DNA from: Podarcis tiliguerta
Lineage: Eukaryota
NCBI GenBank assembly: GCA_965153285.1
Contig: OZ229117.1
DNA length: 64,000 nt
Strand: one strand, 5' to 3'
Positions 26,881 to 37,740 of this stretch are shown here, piece by piece. A program made the translations under genes and the position numbers. Numbering within the stretch: position 1 is the stretch's first letter; the number at the start of each line of letters is the position of its first letter. The notes beneath the pieces are model-generated. The model saw only the letters and a program-made list of their open reading frames with translations. It was not told the DNA's origin and searched no databases.

Positions 26881-27734
26881 GACATTTAATTAAGTTCACC
26901 CCTCAACAACAAAATGGTTCAACCAATTAGATAGGGGTGGCCTTTTGCCTCCTCCCTGAGAAAAGGCTTAAATTTGGGTTGATAGAGGCCTAAACAGTTT
27001 AGACCATACAGAAGTGAGAAGGTGGGTGCCACAGTGGAGACAGAGTGCTGCTGCTATTGCTCCAGGTTTGCTCTGGAAAAGAACCATGCTGGCAGCATTG
27101 CATTTGCAGCTAGCAAAGATGGCAGTTTCAAAACTGTTAAACTTACCATACCCCTGTTCTCCTAAACATTGTGCCTCTCAAACAACCACCAAAATACCTC
27201 CCCCATCACTTGAACGTGGGGTAGCAAATTTGAGAGAAACGTTTTGCTTCGTTCATAAAAAACATGTTTTAATAAATACTTCAACCATTAACACCCATTC
27301 TGCTCAGAGTATACCTGTTGAATTTATTGACGTGACTAGCTTGAGTTCATGAATTTCAGTAGGTCTACTCTGAATATAACTGAAATGAACATGACCCATT
27401 GGCCTTTTGCTATAGGTTTGTTTGGTATTCAGTGCAGGCAGGAATTTTAGAACATAGTTGGCAGACATCCTGAGGCATTATGGAGTTAATGGCACTCCTG
27501 AGTTGCTTTCTACAGCCTTCAGCTTGGGGGCACCTTGGGGCTTCCCTTTTGGCCTGACATGAGCACCATGGTGAACGAAGGACAGTGGAGCCCAAGTTCA
27601 CATGTTGGGTTCACAAACCCAAGGCTCACTTAGCAAAGAAAGAGAACTTTCTCCCAGTCCTTGGCTATTAATATGTCAAGGGAATTGGAGGTATGCGTTC
27701 CTTCAGGATTGTCAAGGAGACAAGTCATCCAGTA

Positions 27735-28083
27735 CACCTGAAGGGGCGTCACCACCCCCATCATTCTGCCTGGACACTGAGCTCCAGCACCGAGGGCCTT
27801 CTGGTGGTTCCCTCACTGCGAGAAGCAAGGCTACAGGGAACCAGGCAGAGGGCCTTCTCGGTAGTGGCGCCCGCCCTGTGGAACGCCCTCCCACCAGATG
27901 TCAAAGAGATAAACAACTACCTGACATTTACAAGACATCTGAAGGCAGCCCTGTTCAGGGAAGTTTTTAATGTGTGGCATTTTGATGTATTTTTAATCTT
28001 TGTTGGAAGCCGCCTAGAGTAGCTGGGAAAACCCAGCCAGATGGGCGGGGTACAAATAAATCATCATCATCATCATCATCATC
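27735..28083 (+). mobile_element. L2 LINE 3' end with (TCA)n tail
   Basis: Encodes RAFSVVAPALWNALP..HLKAALF, the L2 ORF2 C-terminus. The 3' UTR CCAGATGGGCGGGGTACAAATAAA is followed by the microsatellite tail. Confidence 0.85.
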
Positions 28084-28837
28084 CTCCACAGGGCAGGCAC
28101 ATGCATGGAAGGCACAGAATGCAATTAGCTTTTTATTAGCAGAAAATAACAGCACAGCAATGTGCTTAACTCAATGAAGGCATTGCTAAAACTAAGATCT
28201 AGGCATGTTCTTCCTCTCTAGTCTTTCACTCTGGATCCCTCCCAAGCAGACAAAGTCTGTGTTGAGGGAGTGAACTCCTCCTCTGGGTCTTTCTGCCGCA
28301 TTGCTCAGCAATGTGCAGGACTCTCCTGGAGCAGAGGGGTCAAAATGGAAGGGGAGTCAGTAGGACTGGAACTGTTTGCACACAAATTGTGACTCTCAGC
28401 TTCTAATCTTGTCTTGGAATGCTCTTCTTCTCCTGACCCCGCAAGTCTCCAGCTTCTATCAGCTCCCAGCTCCTTCAGTCTGCTGGTTGCTCCTCAGTGT
28501 CCCACCACCAGGCTCCGGGCTCTAAGGTGTCATCTTTAGAGCCCTCACTGAGGTGCTCTTGGGCTGGTGGCTCTTACCACTCCTCCTCATCCAGCTGGTC
28601 CCAGACATAGATGTTCAGTGAAACCCACCTCCCTGTACTTTCATAATTTGGTTAATTGGTTTTGCAGCTCTTCTATTGCTGTACTTACTAAATGTAGCTA
28701 TTTCACCATTCCGTTTGTCTCTTGAATCTTGTTCATGGGTGTGTTGGAAAATATTCTTGCCCACCCCTGGTATATATTCATGTACTGCCAAAGCCATATT
28801 GGTTTGTCTGTATATGTAGCTATGTATCTATCTCAGA

Positions 28838-29127
28838 GGGATGCGGGTGGCCCCGTGACGGAGTGAGCTCCCATTGCTCAGTCCTTGATCCTGCCAACCT
28901 AGCAGTTCGAAAGCACGTCAAGTGAAAGTAGATAAATAGGTACCGCTCCAGCAGGAAGGTAAACAGTGTTTCTGTGCACTGCTCTGGTTCACCAGAAGCG
29001 GCTTAGTCATGCTGGCCACATGACCTGGAAGCTGTACGCCGGCTCCCTCAGCCAATAAAGCGAGATGAGTGCCGGAACCCCAGAGTCGGTCACGACTGAA
29101 CCTAATGGTCAGGGGTCCCTTTACCTT
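28838..29127 (+). mobile_element. Sauria SINE with internal deletion in the tRNA-derived head
   Basis: GGGATGCGGGTGGC joins directly to CCCGTGACGG, so about 60 bp including the B-box are missing. 12-bp TSD TATCTATCTCAG. Confidence 0.92.
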
Positions 29128-29959
29128 TATCTATCTCAGGGCAGTCCAACCTCTCAGACTAAGAGTGATGCTGCATAGGACCAATCAAAGCACAAACCAC
29201 AAAACAAACTGTAGAGTGAGAGAACCAAACTGGGCCAGTCCAGATTTGACAAAGGAGGCGGGCCAGGTCCCACTCAATCCCTGACCTCAATTTCTGTGGT
29301 GTTCCCACTACTGCTGCCTTGGCTACCACCGCCTCCACCACCATGGCCACTCTTGCAGGCCACCAAGTAGCTGCAAGGCTGTGAGGGAGCTGCCAAACAG
29401 CTACTTTCCCACCCAAGATTTTAGACCATAGAAAAAAAGGGGTGAGATAGATTGCACAATCACTTGGGACAAACTTGCCGCTCAAGTACATGTCAATGAC
29501 CGACAATGAGAGTCTGCCAAGTTCAATGGGCTAACTTTTAGGTTGCAATCCAAGCACCCACTTAGCGGGAAGGGCAACCAAAAAGGGCCTTGCAGGCCAC
29601 ATGCTGGACCATCCTGATCTATCTAGCTCTATCTATCCCTTCCCTAAAACATGAAAGGAAATGTAATGCCAGTAAAACAATTTTATTGGCTTCAAGACTA
29701 CTGAGGTGCAACAAGCTGGGTGCAAATTTCAGTACCCAGATCTGCCCAAAATGCAGTGATTGGAGAAAAAAAGTACTCTATTTAGGTTATTGATGCTGCT
29801 CATATCCCATTTAAAACAATTACCATTGACCTGGAGGCAATGAGGCTTTGATATTCATCTCAAGAAGAAGAAAAATATACACATAGAAAGAAAGTGCTAT
29901 TTTTCATTCTGAAAACCTTGCTTCATGGCTATCAAACTCCCCCATGCTTTACCCCATTT

Positions 29960-30210
29960 TGTCAGTGGTCCATAATAAAGAAAAGAACAGATTAAATTTT
30001 ATGAATTCAGCCAGCTAAGTGAATAATTCTAGGTTTCAATTATTTCTGACTTAATGCCCGAGTGTGTCTAATTTTCATTCTAATGCCTACAGAGAATCAT
30101 GACTTTAGCATAATTCATGTTGATGCATTTTGACATTTTCAACTACGGTGGTTTGCTTCCCTGGAATATGCAAGCCATCATAAAATGTAATAACAAAATA
30201 TCAAAAGGAA
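29960..30210. promoter_or_regulatory. Putative conserved non-coding enhancer
   Basis: Unique AT-rich block with a POU-type GCATAATTCAT (30108-30118), TTATGAATT and several TAAT cores. Confidence 0.3.
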
Positions 30211-31369
30211 ATATCTAACAGAACTAAAGGAACCAATTTGGTTATGAGCATAGATAGAGGAACGACAAAAGGGATTGGAATTTGAGGGCTGCATCCAATG
30301 AGGAGAGGGCTCTGATCTGAAAGCCACAATACTTTTTCGGTATACTTCCCTTTCAGAAGATTAAACCAAATGTTCCTTTAAAAAAAATGAATTTCATTTC
30401 AGGTTTATGGCATGAGGGGAATCTCATCTCCTTTTCAAAGAAAAGATGGAGCACTCCTAATCATTTTTTAACTGACCATCTTTCCCTGATTTGATATTTA
30501 GTCATGGATAATGGTATATAAAACACTTTTATTGCACAAGAAACCTGAGTGAAAATTCATGTTGTCTGTTACACAAGACTAGCAGCACACCTGTAGTGGC
30601 AGATTGGAGAGGGATGGCTGCATATGGGGATAGCATACCAAACACCTCATGGAAAATAGACTTGTTTTCATTCCCTTTGTTTCTGCTGTTGGCACTGCCA
30701 TATCCCTTCACTGTTATGTTATGTGTGAGAGGTAAGATGTAAATCACATATGCTGAAGTCGTTTTGTGCCTTGAGTACCCTTCCCCAACAGAGGCAGCAC
30801 TTTAAAATGTTTTGCTGCACCATTCAGACAACAGTCCCCATCTTTACCAATCCCTGCCTCATTGTGCCATCTGAAAGGAGTTGCTGTGCCCTGCTGCACA
30901 ACAGGGCTGCCTCTAGGGATGGATCCGTCCTATTTCAGATTCACAGACACTCCATCAAATGCCCTTCCTATCCAGTTTTGTGCAGTTTTGTTTTTTTTAA
31001 GGAATGCATGAAGTCTGCAATTGAATTGCCTAAATGTGATCACACTTTTAACAGCACACTTTCCACAAAACATGCTTTATGAATGCAGTTTTAAAAAATG
31101 ATATGCATATTTTCTGCACTCTTTTTGCATGCTGAAACTGCCTTGCAAAATCTGGAGAAGTGGCTGGACTTGGAGTTGCTTTCTGAAAGCAAATTAGGGA
31201 GCATAGAATTGGGTCAGTCTGAAAATGGACTGAACAAATTCCTTCTGAACTTCTATCAGACAGTTGAAAAGCAACTATCTGTTTGTTATTTTAAGGAAAG
31301 TGTTGAGTTTTACCACTTCACACAGGCATTTTCCTGTTAAAAAATTGATCCCGAGACAACATCCAGGCC

Positions 31370-32205
31370 ATGGATGGCTAAATATTCTGGTTTTGGTTTC
31401 CCCCAGTTTCTCATTTTTCCATTCTGAAGTTTGAATCTCTACAGCAGTTTGCAGGGATTTTTTTTTAAGTCCTCATGAAAATTCATCTTCATTCTAGTGC
31501 AGATTCCTCATCATACAGACATACTTTGTAAACATTTCCCCTAATGTAATATATTCATAGAATTATAGAATTGTAGAGTTGGGACCATAAGGATCAACTA
31601 GTTCAACCCCCTACAATGCAAGAATCACAGCTAAAGATAAATGACTATCCAGCCTCCTTTTAATAACCTCCATTGAATGGGAGCACCACCTTCCAAGGCA
31701 GTCCATTCCACTGTCTTAATGTTAGGAAGTTCTGCCTAATGTTTAGTTGGAATCTTGTTACTTGCAATTTGAATCCACTGGTTTGGGTCCTACCTTCTGG
31801 AGCACCAGAAAACAAGCTTGCTTCCATGTGGAACACTTTAAGATATTTGAAAACTGCTATCATATCACTTCTCAGTATTCTCTTCTGCAGTCTAAACATA
31901 CCCAACTCCTTCAACCGTTCCTCATAAGGCTTGGTTTTGAGACCCTTTATTATCTTGGTCTCCCTCCTCTGCATTCCAGCCAGTCAATATCCTTCTTAAA
32001 ATGTAGTGCCCAGAACTGGACACAGTACACCAAATATTTTAAATGTTAATTTCACAACTATATGCATTTAAATGCACACTTTGCCCTACTGCGTGCATTT
32101 TTGTACACATCACTTAGCTGGAGAACTGCACAGCAATATTTGGAGAAAGTGAAAATGAGATAAATTTGCCTTTAAATGTGAATCAAATGTCTTTCTTTGT
32201 CCCTC
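31370..32205. mobile_element. hAT-Ac-like MITE interrupted by CR1
   Basis: Both halves match the 16304 / 42689 family. Confidence 0.6.
31556..32030 (-). mobile_element. CR1 LINE 3' fragment
   Basis: ORF 31660-31974 reads IKGLKTKPYEERLKELGMFRLQKRILRSDMIAVFKYLK...WNGLP. The 8-bp CR1-type tail CATAGAAT/TATAGAAT lies at 31556. Confidence 0.9.
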
Positions 32206-33321
32206 CTGAATATCCCCATGAACCTATAACTGTGTTTTGTGTTTCCCCCTCCCAGCCTGTGTTCTCATAAGGTATGGCAGCCATTCCACCAGTGTAGCTG
32301 TGGCATAGCTCTCGCTATCTGACTTCTGGTGCAAATGGAATATTGGGTTTATCTTATATTCACCACTATAGATATTAATTTGATTTGGCTTGGCTCTTCT
32401 CCCAAGCACACAAACATGTTGTTTCATGGATATATTTATTGCAATTTTATATTTAGATTTGCCTACTAGACACAATTATATGCCAGACTTTCTTGCTCAT
32501 TCCTTCTCTTTGCCCTAGTTTCTTAGGCTAAAACAGCAACTTTTGGCTTCTCTTGTTGTGAGAGTATAAAATTGTTTCTGCCCAGGAGGACCACATGATA
32601 GAAACGTGCCCTTAGGAAATTGAAGTTTCACGGGGCTCTGGGGAAATCCCAGCAGATAAGCATCAGTTCTACAAGTGGTACTTAATATTTGATTCGATCC
32701 AAGCAAGAGGGGGGAGAAATATATTATCCAGCTCTTCAGGTATTAATGTCAATCTAACAAGATGGCACACACTGTAAAATAAAACCCAGAAAGCCAAGAC
32801 CATGGGGCAATGTGAATAACACCCCTAAAGTTGAGGTCAACATTCTCATTATCTGGGCAGCTGCTAAATGTCACTGCAATCCTATGGTCCAGGTGAGACA
32901 GCTGCTGTTCTGCATTAAGTGTAATGGGTGGAGGCTGGAAATGACAACACAATATGAATGGGTGTTCATTTCAACTTGGGTGTTGCTATTCGTTGATGAC
33001 CACTGATGCCCCCATAGTGCTTATCTTGTACAAATTTCCAACTGACCTCCACCCAATGAGTTTGCGCTGAACTGCTATGGTTGCTTTTGCCTCCGCAAGG
33101 GGCAGCAGCACTTGTCTGGTGAGAGAGTCGCCTTTCCATTTATATACTTCTGTTGTTGTGCTAATTAACTCTCAGTCATCATGGCAGTCTCAGCAGCCTG
33201 GCATAAGACAACTCACAGAGGAGGGGTCTTATCACCAGGCTAGATGATTCGCCTCCCTCATCAATCATTCAGAAAAGGCTAACAGCAGACAAGGGAAGGT
33301 CAATGATGGTAAGTCCTCTTC

Positions 33322-33585
33322 CCACTGGTGGCTGCTGCCCATTGGGATTGGTAGGGCAGAAGGTGGAGAGGCCAATGAGAAGCAGAGGAAAATAAATCTA
33401 GTGTTGTCCCCATTCTTCTCCCTGAATTCTTCAAGAGCAAAACTGATATTATGAAGGACGAAGCTGACAGACAGGGCCACCTTGCTGGGCTGATTGGAAG
33501 AAGAAAGGCAGGTGAGGGCTGGTTGATGGCAGACTGGCGTTGATAAGGCAATAATCCATTTGCCCTCATGAACCAGCCTCCCTAG
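33322..33585 (+). mobile_element. Old hAT-like MITE family (other copies about 41707-41980 and 62040-62331, fragment 21481-21540)
   Basis: Shared AGTGGAGGCTGGTG.CCATT start, GGGCAGAAGG and a GACCAGCCTCCA-like end, so the termini are inverted. Confidence 0.55.
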
Positions 33586-34805
33586 CATGGAAGTTGCAGA
33601 TACTAGTGCAGGTCTTACTGACGTTCACATTGGATATTTCAGGAGATACGATGCTGGCCCCTGGGATGCCCTCCTAAAAAGCATAGGATTGTTTGGTAAA
33701 TGGAGCAAAAAGAAAACTAAGTTTCAAGGATGTTCTACAAATCATAGCTGATTCCCATTCGTAACAAAATCATTTTGGATTTATAATAAGTAAATGTTAT
33801 TTCAGGCTCACTAACTTTATGCCATGGTGTAGACAAGCTATCACACACACAAAGATGAACATAAAGAAGAATTACGGTGTTGTGCATTACTCGTCATAAT
33901 GCAATATCACATCTCACATATTAATGCAATTCCACACTGTGCTATTGTGGAAGATGAACTCTTGAACAGCCATTCAAATCTGATAAAATATAAACTGGTG
34001 ACAGTAATTCCTCAAGAACATTTAATATGTTGAGCATTGCACTACGGGAATCAAAGCAAATTCTTATGACATTATGAGAATGGATAAATCATTTAGATTT
34101 AAATGTGCAGCACTCCATTTCATTGGTGATTTGCTACACTTGAAATGAAGTTCCCTTGCCCCTCTTCATAGAGTAGAGTCTCAAATAAAGTTGCCATATA
34201 CATTTCAAGGGGAGGGAGTTGGAGACAGTTTTCAGCATGGGATTGTTATTCCAAGATGTATTTTTAAATCTGTTTTTAGTTTATTGTTGATTTTAGGTTT
34301 TGAATGATTTACAGAGGGGTTTTTATAGGCATTTTTTTTTTCTGGCAATGTTATTGTTCTATTCACTTTGTAAACAACATTGAGGGTTCTTTTAACAATC
34401 AAATGGTTTATAAATTTTATGAAATAAGTGACTAAGTAAGACTGTTAGCATTGTTTTTATAAGGCAGATACCCACCTGCTCTTTATTTTGTCACATAGTT
34501 GCAAATCAATTATTCTTAATCTCGCTTCCTTTATCTACCACCCTGTTATTTTGCTGCTTTCAAGATATGTTATTTCCCTTAACTTTCTGTTTTTCACCTT
34601 CTTGTAGTGCTTACTAGGGCCAAGTTAGAAGTGAAGCTGGATAACTGTGATTAAAAGCTTTCTAATTAGCAATCGCCAGCGGCTGCTTTGAAAATCATAG
34701 AGGCATTGTTGGTGTTTGAGGTGTTCAGCCCTTTCCTCTCATGTTATATTCCCAATCAAAATCACACCACAAGGTGATATTTGCTCTGCAAGGGAAGCAG
34801 ATTAA

Positions 34806-35040
34806 GGGCACTTCCAGACTATATCTCTTTCCAGATGGGATTCAATTACAAACCCACAAATTCATGTTATGCAATTAAAGCTGCTTTGGTGCTCTTGTAC
34901 AACAAACCCACTTCCTCGAGAGACAGGACTTTTTGCAGTGAGGAAAATGCACTGGAAAATGTGGGATAACACTTGCTTTGATGCAACATCATCTAGCCTC
35001 TTCACAAAGAAATAGCCAATATCACCTAATTTCCCAACCA
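34806..35040 (+). mobile_element. Unclassified DNA-element family (second copy 45748-46000)
   Basis: Both copies begin GGGCACTTCCAGACT and share GGAAAATGCACTGGAAAA and AAATAGCCAAT.TCA.CTAA. Confidence 0.6.
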
Positions 35041-36118
35041 GAAAAAGAAAAGAAAAGAAAAGAAAAAAGTAAAGAATGTTAACATAAACCCAGAGTATAA
35101 TCCTGTAAGGACTACTCAAAAGTAAGCTGTATTACATTCACCGAGACTTGCTCCCAAATAGACATGTATAGGATTGCAGCCACAGGAGAGTTATTAAAAG
35201 TCACTTCGACAAAAATCAGTGGATCTTTATTTTTATACACTCACCTAGAAGGTAAATACAACATCCTCAATGTGTGGTGAACCCTAAACCAACCATGACT
35301 AATATCAGCCACAGGGATACAAAGACATGTCACATGGAAGGTGACAGAAAGTTCAAAAGTAAATTGAGTGGGAGAAAAGAACTGCTAATGCTGTCATGTT
35401 TGCTTCAAGTTTCATAGCCGTGACTCAAAGGTTAATAACATACAAATAGGGCATCATTGTGAACACCTTTGTAAATTTCTGGCCATCTGTACCACCAGCT
35501 CATCCACATGCAGGGCAAAGGCACTGAACTCATGGTGGAAGGCCTTACCTGTCTGTCAGGTGGAAGCTGTTGTATGTATGCCGGCATCCTCCTGAAACCT
35601 TTGGTGTTCTTCCCTTGAAATTTGCCCCCCCCCCCCGGACTATGTGGTTTAGGAGGATTATTTCATATGAAGCCAATGTGTTACCCCCTCTTGGCCATTG
35701 GAGCACCTGTTGCCTGTTGCATCTAGTGCTGCACTGAAATCTATCCTTCAGTTTCTCTAAAGCTTGCTTGCTTTCTCTGAGAAGGAGTTTTGTTTTGTTT
35801 TCCTTGGAATTTCTTTAGAAATCACTGAGGGCAGGGTTTTGTGTTTGCTGTATTAGTGTAAGGTAGCCAAGGGTAGTGTGTTTTTCTTGCTGGTAAACAT
35901 TACTCCAGTACACTGCAGCACTGCTGGGAGCCTCCACATCGTGATCTAGAAACTCCCCACGGAAGTGTAGCATGCTGGGGAGTATAGCCTGCTGAGGAGG
36001 TAAAATGGCAGCCATAAGTAGGGTTCAGAAATGCTGCTGCCACCACTTACACTACAAAACCCCACATAAATGTTTTTTGGGGGGATTACAAAAAAGTAAG
36101 ACCAATCAAATGAATGTG

Positions 36119-36412
36119 TATAAGAACATAAGAGTCTGGTGGATCAGACCAGTGGCCCACCTAATTCCGCATCCTGTTCACACAGTGGCCAACTAGACGT
36201 CTATGGAAAGACCACAATCAAATCCTGAGTGCAGCAGCATTCTCCTTACCTCTGTTTCCCTACAACTGGCATTCAGAGGTACACTGTGTCCAACAGTGGA
36301 TGGAGGACATTTCCATTGTGCTTAATAGCTGCTGAAAGCCTGATCATCCATGACTTTTAAAGCTATCCAAGTTGGTGGTCATCACAGCATTTTGTGGGAG
36401 GAAATTCCATAT
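36119..36412 (-). mobile_element. CR1-type 3' end
   Basis: Starts with the TAAGAACATAAGA tail and is the reverse complement of the 3553-3868 family. Confidence 0.75.
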
Positions 36413-37389
36413 TTGTAAAATGGAATGTTTATGAAATGAACGTGATTTTATGACATATATTATGAAGCAAAACCAGAGCTTATTAACAAAAAAATAAAGT
36501 AACAAAATGGGGGGAATGTTTTAAATACCCCTAATTTACTGAGGGGGACCCTCTCCATGAAAATTCTGCTTTCTTGTCAGCAAAAGTCAAACTTCATTCA
36601 TTCCTCTGAGAGAAGATTTTAATGGGCCCAATGTCATACAAGTGTGAGCAGTTTCATTTTGCAATATGTCAAGCATGGCTCCTTCCTTCATAATACAGTT
36701 AGTTCATTTCTATTCAAATGACATGGCCCTTCAAGAGAATTCTTGCCGAACTTCATCATGCCTTTCTTATTTCTTCACTTGCCTATTAAAATTAGAATTG
36801 TGAAAGAATGACATTTTGCAGAGAGTCAGAATCACATCACACCTCCTGAGCAGGAGTGCATCACAAACCAACTGACACAATGCTGACAGTGGCATCATAG
36901 AAGGTTGATGATGATTCAGTGTCACATTTTGTCACGGGAAATCAAGATGACAAAAGCTTTGGTATTTGGATAAGATATTTTCAGAAGCTTCACGATGGCA
37001 GTCTGGTTTGAAGGTGGACAGCTACACTTCTCCAATGCAAATTTACTTACTTGAGAAGGGAGGCTGATTGGTTTTATATGAGGAAAACATTGGGTGGGGG
37101 AATCACAGAATAAAATACATCTTGACACAATACACCATCACTCCAAGCTGACAAGACGGTTCCACTTGGAAGTGGAATGGAATTACAGAACTTTCTTTTC
37201 CAGGAAGTATAGGAATGAAGGAAGCTGCTTAAAAGTGCTTTGAATAGAACAATCCAATCCAAATAACTTTATTTTACTAGCCATTGCACAAATCTGAATC
37301 AAAAATAAATACAAGCAAAAAAAAAAGGGGGGGGGGGTGTCATGCCACACATAATAGTCTCTATTTAGATCTGTGCATCTCCCTTACAG

Positions 37390-37740
37390 TTCACTGCTAT
37401 ATTGTCCAGGGTCTTCTCAAGACAAATTGGTTGGTTGGGGTGATGGTGGTGGTACCTGCCTTTTCGTTGCCTACCACAACTTTAGCAGATAACGTATTGG
37501 GTGGGATTCTTACTAAGGTATCAGAGAGGGTGTTGTACAGCTTTGCCTTCCCCCTACAGGAAGTTGGGGTATCCTGTTAAAGGGATTCTAGGGGAAGTGT
37601 TTCCACCCTAAGCTGTTGGGGGCTGAGGGCTGCAGTTCTGAAGGCTGCTCATATTTGATATCTATCGAAGGGCAATCCTAGGCAGTCATCAGGCAGGCTG
37701 ACTGATTTGTAAATCACCTCATACCTAAGCCAAATCCCTT
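37390..37740 (+). mobile_element. Degenerate third copy of the structured LTR/DIRS-like module
   Basis: Motifs occur in the same order as on the minus strand of the 47.5-kb and 58-kb copies: TGCTAT, GCCTAC/CACAACTTT (37469-37483), AGGTAT (37516), hairpin ATCCT-GTTAAA-GGGAT (37571-37586) and ATACCTAAGCC (37721). Confidence 0.6.
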
